This document shows, piece after piece, positions 12,870 to 25,075 of a stretch of DNA of 50,998 nt. Below the pieces are notes generated by a model. That model was not told the DNA's origin and made no database searches. It saw nothing but the letters and a program-made list of their open reading frames with translations. The number at the start of each line of letters is the position of its first letter. Position 1 is the stretch's first letter. The stretch lies in assembly GCF_001194135.2 (NCBI RefSeq), contig NC_068987.1:74475550-74526547 (forward strand), written 5' to 3'. The stretch is from Octopus bimaculoides. Taxonomy: Eukaryota. A program made the position numbers and the translations under genes.

Positions 12870-13255
12870 TAGCCAGTGGCATGTATATGAAAATGCTTAT
12901 TTCGCGACTCGAGTTTCACGTCACTGCAATCTTCAGGCGAGAACTGTTACAACTCGGTCTTGATGGTGTAATCGCATGCTGCGCTTGATCATTGGTTATT
13001 TTTGTCATATACTGATTATATCCCTTGTATTTGTTTACGAGGCAAAATGTTAATTTGCTTATTCGTTCTAGATTTATTTGTTTATTTAAATAGGGCTGCT
13101 CTTTCATCAAGTTTATTCTGTGCCTTTTTGGTCTGTGGCTCGGTGTGATTGGTTATGAGTGTGCTTTGCATAAGTGTTGAATAGTCCTGGTATCTGTCTG
13201 CTCTGCACCATAAGAAGATACCTCATAATCACGCAAAACAAGCAATCTAAAGAAG
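12870..13255 (-). mobile_element. Penelope-like 3' terminal region (pLTR-like), left and minus-strand member of a divergent pair
   Basis: Shares ataaa.ctagaacgaataag.aaattaac and agttgtaacagttctc.cct.aagat with 13260-13830 in opposite orientation, and ends in a hammerhead motif. Confidence 0.6.
12901..12941 (-). ncRNA. Minimal type I hammerhead ribozyme motif with decayed stem II
   Basis: Minus strand reads TCGC-CTGAAGA-TTGCAGTGACGT-GAAA-CTCGAG-TC-GCGA: 4-bp stem I, palindromic ACTCGAGT stem III, GUC cleavage triplet. Confidence 0.65.
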
Positions 13256-13259
13256 CAGT

Positions 13260-13830
13260 ATTAAATCATAACACACCGCAGATACCATAATAAATTCCTC
13301 TCAAAAATACGTCTACCTCCAAATAGGAGTAGGATTATTTTACCGGGGCAACCCACATATACATGCAGAGAACAAAAAGAAAAGACTGATAAGAACCGAA
13401 TCCACGAACAGCCGACCCAAATTAAGCACGTGGTACATATTACGCAAAACAGAAAAACAAGCCTTAACAAACATACAGCAACACACACATAACAACTAAA
13501 AACAAAACAAAACAAAAACAATTACATAAGAACAATCTTAACTAAATTAACAGATAAACCTAGAACGAATAAGGAAATTAACGACACGCTGTCTCATAAA
13601 GAAGCACGAGAAATATAATTAACAGGACAGAAAAAAACAAAAACAATGATGAAACCAGTCAGTAAACGGAAAACGTAAAGAATGAGCAAACAGAGATATT
13701 TATATACATCCACACGAATGAATATGAATATATCACCAAAACCAAGTTGTAACAGTTCTCACCTAAAGATCGAAATGGTGCAAAACTTGAGTTGCAAGAT
13801 GAACATTCAGTTTCAGTAAACGATATACTA
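13260..13830 (+). mobile_element. Penelope-like 3' terminal region, right and plus-strand member, with a degenerate hammerhead at 13757-13800
   Basis: Homologous to 12870-13255. tctcac-CTAAAGA-tcgaaatggtgc-AAAA-cttgag-tt-gcaaga has core substitutions. Confidence 0.55.
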
Positions 13831-13840
13831 TACGTCATAA

Positions 13841-13902
13841 GGCGGCGAGCTGGCAGAAACGTTAACATGCTGGGCGAAATGCTTAGAAGTATTTCGTCTG
13901 TC
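13841..13902 (+). mobile_element. SINE family A head (3'-truncated)
   Basis: ggcggcgagctggcagaaacgttaacatgctgggcgaaatgcttag; A-box-like region of a tRNA-derived head. Confidence 0.75.
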
Positions 13903-14619
13903 AACACCATTACTACCATCAATATACTCTGACATCATTACCACGATTGCCTCAACTACCGATATACCTCGCCACGATAACTATAGTTATCATTATCATC
14001 GCGCAATTGACATCAACACGACGACGATGACGACGACGACCACCACCACCAACACCACCACAGTACCACTATGGTCACTAACATCGCCGCCACAACCATC
14101 ATCACTACCACCATAACTTTGTTATCCCTATCACCACCACTACTACTATTACTACCTATACATCATCTACATTGTCACCATTACCCTCGACTCTACTACC
14201 CCTAAATAACCAACACGGTTCACCTTCTCCTACCACCGAAGCTCCTCCAAGCCTCACCCCCATCCTCATGAACAGTCAGCAAGTAATACTCGTATCTTAT
14301 CTATGACATATCCCATAATTTCCTTATACTCGGCTAGTTAGAAAGACATTAGGGCATCATAGTGGTGAATGGCATTAAATTAGCTTGGATTAAGTTGTCA
14401 ATTTTGAGTGTGGATGTATGGGAGATTATGTGTATGTGGTAAGGTGTTATATGCGTGTGTGTCTTCCTGTATGTCTATGTGTGTATACGCATGTTTAGGG
14501 AAGTGTAATATGATAGCATATTTCAATTGTCAAATGCTTAAGTGATGCCTTTCTTACATAGCGTATGTGTGTGAGACTTAAGTAATGCAAAAATAGGCAT
14601 AACTGTTATTTTTTTATTA

Positions 14620-15360
14620 ATTGACAGAGGTCGTTCAAATTGTACGTGTTGGTTGAATGACACTTTCTCTGTACGAAGATACTTCTGAACAGTTTCCATT
14701 ACAAGCGATGCATCGCGTCATCGTTGAACCCAACTCTCGAACCCTCATTGCTGGTTTCTTCTTCACTGAACTTCTTCATCCATCCATGCATATTGCTTTT
14801 GTCGATGGTGTCATCTCCATAAACAACCTGTAACTTTCTGTGAATGTTAGACAGACTGCATCTAGAGTCGAATTAAGACCCATCGAGGCCCCAAGCACTT
14901 AAAAGATTTTGATGCCCCATAAAAGATTATGTAATTCAAAATATAAACAATAACAAATCATAAAACAATTTTTTTTATTTTTCAAGACGAAACAAAACAG
15001 TAAGAATGGAAAATAATGTTATTTGTGTATACTTCCATTTTATTTATATTTGAAAAGTTTCCTCTTACTTTTTTGAATTGTAAAGTCTTTGATCAGATCC
15101 TCAAAATTAATCTTAGATACAGCATCTATACTTAGCAGAGATTAAGGCATTCCGAATATCATTTTAGCAGATTTAACGGGATTTCTTTTGTGCCGTAAAC
15201 CATTTACTATTTCTGTGGTGCCCTCTCCTTCCCTTGATGCCCTAAGCGCGTGCTTATTTTGCTTAATGGTTAATCCAGCGCTGACTGCATCCCTCCTTCA
15301 AGAAATCAATGATGGCATTTTGCAGTGACAACACAAGCAGTAGACCATCTGTGTTCATCG
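14620..15360 (-). mobile_element. mariner transposase N-terminal (HTH) fragment, split by the hAT insertion
   Basis: Removing the insert gives LQNAIIDFLKEG-CSLSNIHRKLQVVYGDDTIDKSNMHGWMKKF, a mariner HTH pattern. Confidence 0.75.
14863..15283 (-). mobile_element. Non-autonomous hAT element with a perfect 8-bp TSD
   Basis: TSD actgcatc at 14855-14862 and 15284-15291; imperfect TIRs tagagtcgaattaa / ttaatccagcgctg; remnant LSIDAVSKINFEDLIKDFTIQKSKRK resembles the hAT C-terminal dimerisation region. Confidence 0.9.
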
Positions 15361-15774
15361 AGTCGGGATGGGCTGACTGCGAAAATGAAGAAGAAATTTC
15401 AGAGGTAAAGCTATTGATAGAGTTCTGCGAAGGATTCGTGATTAGAATAGTGGAGTAAGTAGAGATAATTGGTGTGGCAAAAATAGTTATACAAGTAATT
15501 GTTTCTCATTTAAACACAAGACTAACAACTGGGACGGGGGTTGTACTGAATCGACCAACTCAACCCTTTAAAATTGCTGGTTAATTTTGCCTTTCAATTT
15601 GGATAGATGAAGAGAAAAGTTGATCTTATCGGGGTTCGAACTCAGAATGTAAAGTATTGCAAGACATGTTTCCCGAGGCTCTGATGATTCGGTCAGCTCG
15701 CCCGTCTAACAAAAAGCCAATAACAACAATATTAATTTTGTTTTTGATTTGGGCATAAGACCAATTTGAGGGGC

Positions 15775-16100
15775 AAGGACTAGTAGTTTACTTTATTGAT
15801 CCCGAGGGATGAAATGTAAAGTTGACCTTGGTGGTATCTGAACACAGAACGTAAAGAACATGAACAGATACTGCACAATGCATTTTAACTGGCGTTGTAA
15901 CGATTCTAAAAATAATAATGGTTGAGATGATAATAATAGTACAATAATATTAATATTAATGTCAATAAGAACAACCATGATAATCCTTTCTACAAAAGGC
16001 ACAAAGCCTGAAATTTGTAGGGAGGGGACTGTCGATTACATCAACCCTAGTGTTTCACTGGTGCTTAATTTATCGACCCCGAAAGGATGAAAGGCCAAGA
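15775..16100 (-). mobile_element. Two adjacent SINE family A copies (15775-15910 and 15990-16100)
   Basis: gtcgattacatcaaccctagtg...ttatcgaccccgaaaggatgaaagg and gatcccgagggatgaaatgtaaagttgacc...gaacacagaacgtaaag. Confidence 0.75.
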
Positions 16101-16769
16101 CGAGCGATATAAATAGTAAGTAATGTGCGAGATTATGGGGTCAGTGAAGAACAGGCGGAAAAATAAGACGAAGGAAGAATCGCCATGAATACGGGGTCTA
16201 AGTCATAGATAGAGAGAAAGTTCAAGCCTGTTTTGAAAATGTAAGTAGCAGTAGAAAAGGGAGAGATGACTACAAGGGTGGGCCAGAGAGGAAGAAGATA
16301 TGAAGTAAGAAGGAGAAGACATGAAGGTTTGGTAGAAGGGAAGCTAGTATAAGAGTGGGGAATAAGACAAGGGAAGAGGTAAGAATTTTAGAAAGGAAGA
16401 TGAGGGAGTTATATGGTTAAATGAGGTCAGTAGTGGACCACAGACAGCCTTGGAGAGTGTTTTTAGATGGGTAGGGAAGATGAGACAGGATTTTCACTGA
16501 AGGTATGCGAACAGTGTTTAAATTGGGTATACCAATTAGTAAGGAAAACTAAAGAAAATAAAAGCAATAACAAATCATTAAGTGTAGTTGATTAATTACA
16601 TATTAATCAATCAACCATTTGTAATAATAGTTATAAAAATAATGATAGCGATATTTATATAATAAACAGAAGTATCGACAAGAACGGTAATACAAATGAA
16701 AATACTGATCAACATTTTATACCCGTGAAATACACTCAACGGCAACAACATCCACAAACACCGGATTGT

Positions 16770-17200
16770 TTCCCGCCTAACGAAACCACTCTACTCAAAT
16801 GCTTCCAGTTGTCTGAATTACTGACAAGTCTTCCCGAATGTGCCAGTGCGGACATGGAGTAACGTATCGCACCATCCCTATCGTATCTTGATAGGGTATT
16901 TGTTAGGTTAATAGACAGGGTATAGAGAAGTATGTTCACAATTTAAACCGGTCGGCTACACAGACCATAAGTTTGTGATCTGCACGTTCGACGCATATAA
17001 AACTCATACAGAGACTCGATTGCAGGAAACTGAATGCGTCGTTCTCGGCGGGTAAAACCTACAGAGACAGGATTAGCATTTTAGTTAAAGCAGCCATTGC
17101 CAAGAGCAGTTGTCATCAACAATCGGTGGCAGGGCGCTCTGAAGAGGATTATTAGAGAGCTATTAGGGTCAGTAATGAAGAAGCTAATACCTATTTTGTA
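16770..17200 (+). mobile_element. L1/Tx1-like LINE, APE endonuclease C-terminal fragment
   Basis: Frameshifted translation: PVRTWSN...SYLDRVFVR...PVGYTDHKFVICT...KLNASF...YRDRI...INNRW, which covers the APE TW, DR and SDH-equivalent motifs. Confidence 0.75.
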
Positions 17201-17454
17201 GGAAAATTATTCTACAATGTAACCAGGTTCCATCTCTGATCTGTAACCCAAGACTGTTAGTATAAGTCACGGTGATGAACGGGTCCGCACTTTTTGTGAT
17301 CCAGAATGAGGCCTGACATAATGATGATGTAGGACATTTTTCTATTGCTATTCGCGTCTCTATTACATTTTATTTTTCTTAATCACTTATGTAGATAACT
17401 TTGAGAAACTTAACTTTGACTTACATTCTCAAATAGCATGAATATTGTTTATGA

Positions 17455-17499
17455 GCTGTTCTGATGAGATGTAAGTGATACGAAACATATGTCAACAGC
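17455..17499 (+). ncRNA. Minimal type I hammerhead ribozyme with canonical core
   Basis: GCTGTT-CTGATGA-G(12 nt)C-GAAA-CATATG-TC-AACAGC: 6-bp stem I, intact core, G10.1-C11.1 pair, palindromic ACATATGT stem III, predicted cleavage after C17493. AATAAA follows at 17502. Confidence 0.85.
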
Positions 17500-17805
17500 A
17501 GAATAAAAGAATATGTATGTAACACTTGACTTTATAAAAAAAGAATATTATGTAACACTTGACTTTAACAAAATTTGAGCTTTCAGTATGTTTGCCATTT
17601 GACGGTTTTGGAAAATATTCAATTCTTGAGATTATTTCCCTTTTTCATTTAGATTAGTCCAAACAGACACCAAGCGGTCGTTTTACCATCTCAGGAAGTG
17701 GGGATATAACCCAATAAATCAAAAATCTATTTTATATGGCATTTGTTATACCCTTATTCCTCTTTGCTGTGAGTAAATTCTCATTTACGTTTTGATTGTG
17801 CGTGC

Positions 17806-17857
<52 letters not shown>

Positions 17858-17923
17858 ACGTGCTTAGATGAATGGATAGATAGACAACTCATTACACACA
17901 CGCACACACATATCAAGTTTGTA

Positions 17924-18525
17924 CAGTATCGTGCAAAAGTCTTTGGCCACTTTAAACTATTGTCAATTTCTACTAATTCTCAATTTATAAGTGGAAGTTT
18001 CGTATTGCGTTTTTCACAGATGAAACATTCGTCCTGTTGGAGTCATTTCCATACCCAGTCATTATATTTTGTAGTAGTTCTGAATGAGATGGGAAGATGC
18101 GAGACAACCACCAAAAATGGCCGTGTAAATGTTTTCGGTCACTTTACATAAACCAATCAAGATATAGTGTTTCAAAACAGAAAAATGTCTATAATTGCGT
18201 GGATTCTCCCGACCAACTCCTCTTTAGTTCTGTCCACATTTGCTTGATGATATTTAAGTCAGGGCTCTGAACACTTTCATCAGCCAGACTTTGTCGTGTT
18301 GCACGCGATCTGTGACATGGAGCTCCATCATACTGAAAAATTTCACCTTCATCCAAGTCTGGTATCAAATTGTCCTTCAGCAACTGGATGTATTTGACAC
18401 TATTCAAGTTACTGTCAATGTTAACCAACTTCCTTGAACCATCATCACTTTTTATGTATCCCCAAAGCATCAGACTCTTACCCCAAACTTTACTGTTTTC
18501 GTCGTGTAATGTGAGTCGTTTCGGT
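17924..18525 (-). mobile_element. Tc1-family transposon, 3' half with TIR
   Basis: TIR-like cagtatcgtgcaaaagtctttggccact preceded by TA; translation TVKFG.KSLMLWG...FQYDGAPCHRS...SPDLNIIKQMWTELK. Confidence 0.85.
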
Positions 18526-19564
18526 TTCTAATAGGCGAGAATTTGTCAGAAGGTCTCCAGGAAAGCGGAACGACTCACGTTGCACGACGAAAACAGTCTT
18601 CTTCTCCGCTCACTCTCTCCTCCTTTCACTCATTCTTTCTTTCTCTCTCTTCTGTCTGTCTTGTCGCATTTTTTGTCTCTCTTAGTCACACTATTTCTAT
18701 CTTTCTCTCTCTCTCTTATCAATTAAACAATGTCACTAGATTCATTGAACTCGGAGAATTCCAGCTTGGAAAAAAAATGTAAATCGAATCAATGACGGAG
18801 ACTTTTCGCGACAAATGGACCTGCTATAAATAACAGCTATTTATCCCTCACATTACGCCCAGCTGTCTTAGAAAGGAAATCACACACTAGATATTGTCCT
18901 CCAAGACAACTAATCCTCCAAAAGACGAAATGGTAAAAGCTGGAATGCCTTTCATCATAGTCACAGTTCTGCTTGATCGTCTAAATAACAGCCACAGCAA
19001 CAACAGCTGCAATAGAAACAGTAAGTGACAGTTGATGCGTCCTTTAAGCGTTTTAACAAAGAGAGGACCCTTTAGATGTGAGTAATATATTTTTACGATA
19101 CATCCAGTGAGATGATAAATTCAGCTCGGGTCGTTAAGGGTGACGTTATGTTGACACGTTGCTGTAAGGGAAAGGACCTGATAGCCTTATTCGGACTCCC
19201 GTTTGTGTGTTAATTGCGAAGTTCAAGATAAGCCAACATGTCGGTATGCCTCGGTCAAAAAGTTGCGTTCCTGTGTTAAGTTTTGGTTGTTGTTGATTAG
19301 TAAGACAATTGGACGATGTATCTTCCCTTGAGTGGAAAATTTGTTTATCACAGATTTTTTTAAAACTACAGATAAAATCCAGTCTTGAGGTTGTGAATTA
19401 TTAAATTAGATAGTCAGAAATCTAAACAACCTTTAACTTTTACTACTGGGTTAATTTGACTGTTTGCACGAAATAAATTTCATTGAAAGATAATGACTAG
19501 AATCAGAGATCTAGTTCTGAAAACTTAGTATCGGATACATTTGACAGATAAACTAAGATAGATT

Positions 19565-19601
<37 letters not shown>

Positions 19602-19654
19602 GGAGAAAGAGTGGGAAGAAATGGAAATATAGACAGAGAGAGATACTGAAAGAA

Positions 19655-19830
19655 CGATTTCAAATTTTTGCCACAAGGGCAGCTTAGGGGAGGGGATTAA
19701 GTCGATGACATCGAACCTAGTGCGTAACTGGCACTTATTTAATCGACCCCGAAAGAATGAAAGGCAAAGTCGACCTCGGCGGAATTTGAACACAGAACGT
19801 ACGGCTAAGCATTTCACCCGGTGTACTGAC
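19655..19830 (-). mobile_element. SINE family A copy
   Basis: atcgaccccgaaagaatgaaaggcaaagtcgacctcggcggaatttgaacacagaacgta. Confidence 0.85.
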
Positions 19831-19883
19831 GAGAAAGAAAGAATGATAGAAAGAGAAATAGATATATATCTCAACTGAAAAGT

Positions 19884-20195
19884 GCAGGCATGACTATGTG
19901 ATTAAGAAGTTCGTTTTGCAGCCACGTGGTTTCATTGGCCGGCCTCTGAATGGAATCTGTCGTATAAATGAATATGAGTGTATGTTTTTGTGTGACCACA
20001 CTGCCTGACAATTAACTAGTACTGATTTGTTTACATCCCTGTCACTTAGCGGTTCCAGAAAAGAGAACGATAGAATAAATACCAAACTTTAAAAAAAAAT
20101 AGTAAGTATCGGTGTGGATTAGTTCGACCAAACCCTTTCAGGGTGGTGCCCCAGCCTGGCCGCAATCCAATGATCTTAACAAGTAAAAGGTAAGA
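19884..20195 (+). mobile_element. SINE family B, near full length and internally deleted
   Basis: Head gcaggcatgactatgtgattaagaagttcg and tail gggtggtgccccagcctggccgcaatccaatga...aacaagtaaaag. Confidence 0.7.
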
Positions 20196-20229
20196 GGTAA
20201 AAAAAAGATGAAACACTGAGACAAAAAGG

Positions 20230-20390
<161 letters not shown>

Positions 20391-20942
20391 CGAGAGAAGT
20401 CGGGTGGGGTTTATTAAAAGAATGAACATCTGGCCAAAAACAAGTTGCTGGAAATTAGACTTTGTATTTATAACTCCTCGAAATAAATTCAACGTCAGTA
20501 CTTTCAATATCGTTTATATATAATTAGGGAATATTGTAATTTTATAAATTTCTCCTTAGATTTTTCCAGGATGATTTTTTTCTTAGTCTGCTTTTTGAAA
20601 GATTATGTATCATGCCGTATGTAGATAGTCCTTTCGTCCTTTAATTTGCTTCCTACAATAAATATAGGAAGCATAAAAAGGCTAAGTGGCCCTTATCATT
20701 ATTTAATAACTTCCCTTCCCTACACGTTCTTCGTAAATTTACACAGTAACGGGTTTGTGTGTAGAAATGTGCAATCTATTTTTGAGTGTTAGTTGCAAAC
20801 TGATAGAGCAGACGACACTGGGGTAAAATGGCGGTATATACTGTTGTTATTGTAGTTTAACAAGAGTGTGAAGAACCGTGATATGTTGTTTCAGATAGAA
20901 ACAGACCACCCAAGTTTCATGTGAGGAAAGAAAGAATAGAGT

Positions 20943-20979
<37 letters not shown>

Positions 20980-23410
20980 GAAGAAGAAAAAGAAATGAAA
21001 AAAAGGAGTTAGAAAGAGGGAAAGAAGCAGAGAAAGAATGAGATTGGCTATATTACATATACAAACCCATCATACACTCACATAGACACACATACACACA
21101 CACACACACACACGCATATATATATATATATACAAACACACACACACATACATACGCATGTATACGCGCGCACACACACACACGCACATTCACATAGACA
21201 CGTACATACATGTTTTCCATCCACATATGTGTATGCATGTATGTGTGCATCTCTGTGTGTGTGCGTATGTGTGCGTATGTGTGTGTTTGCAGTGTATGTA
21301 TAGACAAAGACAAAATGAGAGGGAGTTGTGAGAGAGAAGTACGAGAAATGGTAGGATGAGGAGAAAGCGACAAATGTGGTATAAGGCAGGAAGGGGGAGG
21401 AGGCAAAATAAACAAGAAAATAAAATGCAAAAATAGATTTTTATCTTAAATATACAAAAAACAATAATGAAGAGAGATGAATAGGAGTGAAGTGTTTGTA
21501 GATGTGTGTATGTGTGTGTACAAATATACATATACATATACACGTATATATGCATATGTGTACAAATACATATTTTTTATATATGTGTATGAATATATAT
21601 GTATATGGCTGTGTGTGTCTGTGTGTGAACATATATGTGTGCGTGTGTGTGTGTATCATATAAATATATATATGACACATTATTATATAAGTATATACAT
21701 ACGTAATATGTATGTGTGCATTGTGGTAAGGTGTGTGTTATATGTTATATATATATATATATATATATATNNNNNNNNNNNNNNNNNNNNNNNNNNNNNN
21801 NNNNNNNNNNNNNNNNNNNNNNNNNNNNNNNNNNNNNNNNNNNNNNNNNNNNNNNNNNNNNNNNNNNNNNNNNNNNNNNNNNNNNNNNNNNNNNNNNNNN
21901 NNNNNNNNNNNNNNNNNNNNNNNNNNNNNNNNNNNNNNNNNNNNNNNNNNNNNNNNNNNNNNNNNNNNNNNNNNNNNNNNNNNNNNNNNNNNNNNNNNNN
22001 NNNNNNNNNNNNNNNNNNNNNNNNNNNNNNNNNNNNNNNNNNNNNNNNNNNNNNNNNNNNNNNNNNNNNNNNNNNNNNNNNNNNNNNNNNNNNNNNNNNN
22101 NNNNNNNNNNNNNNNNNNNNNNNNNNNNNNNNNNNNNNNNNNNNNNNNNNNNNNNNNNNNNNNNNNNNNNNNNNNNNNNNNNNNNNNNNNNNNNNNNNNN
22201 NNNNNNNNNNNNNNNNNNNNNNNNNNNNNNNNNNNNNNNNNNNNNNNNNNNNNNNNNNNNNNNNNNNNNNNNNNNNNNNNNNNNNNNNNNNNNNNNNNNN
22301 NNNNNNNNNNNNNNNNNNNNNNNNNNNNNNNNNNNNNNNNNNNNNNNNNNNNNNNNNNNNNNNNNNNNNNNNNNNNNNNNNNNNNNNNNNNNNNNNNNNN
22401 NNNNNNNNNNNNNNNNNNNNNNNNNNNNNNNNNNNNNNNNNNNNNNNNNNNNNNNNNNNNNNNNNNNNNNNNNNNNNNNNNNNNNNNNNNNNNNNNNNNN
22501 NNNNNNNNNNNNNNNNNNNNNNNNNNNNNNNNNNNNNNNNNNNNNNNNNNNNNNNNNNNNNNNNNNNNNNNNNNNNNNNNNNNNNNNNNNNNNNNNNNNN
22601 NNNNNNNNNNNNNNNNNNNNNNNNNNNNNNNNNNNNNNNNNNNNNNNNNNNNNNNNNNNNNNNNNNNNNNNNNNNNNNNNNNNNNNNNNNNATACATGTG
22701 TGTATGTATATGTGTGTATGTATATGTGTGTGTATGCATATATCATGTATGTGTGTGTATATACATACTAGCTTAAAAGTTAGCTCCTGCGGAGGGCTCT
22801 TTATTAGGCCTTGGACCCAACAATGACACTTCATGCATTGAGTACATATTAAATTTTATTAAACTTGAACAATATTTTTTAAGCAATGAACAATTTTCAT
22901 CAAAACAGTGATATAATTTGTCGACTTTCTCTCCACTACCGTCACCACTGTTTTTCACATCACTTTCTTTCACCGTCATCCATGACCGCCTCGGCTACCA
23001 CCACCACCACCACCACAACCACAACCACCACCACCACTACGACTTACAATTTGTTACATGTTTCATCTGAAGAGCAGCTTTGCAGCTTCTAAATTCAATA
23101 CAGTTTTTGAAACTGAAAGTCGACGTTGCATGATGTCCATCAGTGAAGAGGTTTAAGTGTGTATGTTTCTATGTAATTTTTATACAAACATGCACACAAG
23201 CAAGTACCCCCCACTACACACACACACGCACACACATCCTCCATCCGACTGATCCTATTGATAATCATCTTCCAACCTCATCTCTCGGTCCCATCAAAAA
23301 CTTTAATGAAACTAGAAACAACGTCGTTGTTCTCTAGAAGAAACATCTAGCAAAGGATAAGTAAACTTGTTGTTCTCCGGATGAAACGTCTTGTAAACCA
23401 GAAATACACA

Positions 23411-23493
<83 letters not shown>

Positions 23494-24789
23494 CCCACAC
23501 ACATATACATATATATAAACATGCACACATACACACACACACACATATATATATAAACGTACATATATATACATATATANNNNNNNNNNNNNNNNNNNNN
23601 NNNNNNNNNNNNNNNNNNNNNNNNNNNNNNNNNNNNNNNNNNNNNNNNNNNNNNNNNNNNNNNNNNNNNNNNNNNNNNNNNNNNNNNNNNNNNNNNNNNN
23701 NNNNNNNNNNNNNNNNNNNNNNNNNNNNNNNNNNNNNNNNNNNNNNNNNNNNNNNNNNNNNNNNNNNNNNNNNNNNNNNNNNNNNNNNNNNNNNNNNNNN
23801 NNNNNNNNNNNNNNNNNNNNNNNNNNNNNNNNNNNNNNNNNNNNNNNNNNNNNNNNNNNNNNNNNNNNNNNNNNNNNNNNNNNNNNNNNNNNNNNNNNNN
23901 NNNNNNNNNNNNNNNNNNNNNNNNNNNNNNNNNNNNNNNNNNNNNNNNNNNNNNNNNNNNNNNNNNNNNNNNNNNNNNNNNNNNNNNNNNNNNNNNNNNN
24001 NNNNNNNNNNNNNNNNNNNNNNNNNNNNNNNNNNNNNNNNNNNNNNNNNNNNNNNNNNNNNNNNNNNNNNNNNNNNNNNNNNNNNNNNNNNNNNNNNNNN
24101 NNNNNNNNNNNNNNNNNNNNNNNNNNNNNNNNNNNNNNNNNNNNNNNNNNNNNNNNNNNNNNNNNNNNNNNNNNNNNNNNNNNNNNNNNNNNNNNNNNNN
24201 NNNNNNNNNNNNNNNNNNNNNNNNNNNNNNNNNNNNNNNNNNNNNNNNNNNNNNNNNNNNNNNNNNNNNNNNNNNNNNNNNNNNNNNNNNNNNNNNNNNN
24301 NNNNNNNNNNNNNNNNNNNNNNNNNNNNNNNNNNNNNNNNNNNNNNNNNATATATATATACATACATACATACATACATACATACATACATACATACATA
24401 CATACATACACACATACATACATATATGTGTGTGAGAGAAAAAGAGGCAGACAGACAGTGAGGCAGAGAGGAGAAGGGGAGGGAGGGAAAGAGAGTGGCA
24501 GGGAGAGAAGCTTTTCTCCTGATGTTTTATCATGAAGAGATAGGAAGAGGTAGATGCAGAGAGGTGTGAGAGAGAAAGAGATAGAAATAGAGGGTGAGAG
24601 GGGGCAGGAGAAGAGAAAGAAAAAAAAATGGGAAATAGAAAAGGTGAGGCAGAAAAACCGGCTCTTTAAGAGAGGGAATGTAGCGGTGTAGAAGCAACTG
24701 TGAAAAAGAGAAATTACTGGATAGAAGAATGTATATTGCGAACATGCTATCGTAAAGGTAGCGCTTTGGCAGTTAAATTTGCTACATCA

Positions 24790-25075
24790 AGTTGCAAGGC
24801 AATGTCTGTATTACAGAGGTTCTTGAAAATGTGACATTCTAGATATAGAGTGTTTCCTTATTAAAGCGCAACTGAGATGGGTTGACCTTGTGGTACATAT
24901 GGAAGACATTCGCTTTCCTAGAGCCCATTTCTATGGTTAACTTAGCTCTGGTGCCAGGCACCAAGACCGTCCACTGCTCCGTTATAAGTACACTCTAAAG
25001 ACCTGCTTGAAGATCTGCAAGATAAATCTGAAGACATGGGAATTAGTAGCACTGAATAAAGCACAAAATTTGAAG
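24790..25075 (+). mobile_element. RTE-clade LINE fragment (region after the RT domain)
   Basis: ITEVLE...IECFLIKAQLRWVDLVVHMEDIRFPRAHFYG*LSSGARHQDRPLLRYKYTLK matches the RTE pattern QLRW.GH..RM...R.P....YG....G.R..GRP..R.KD. Confidence 0.85.
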
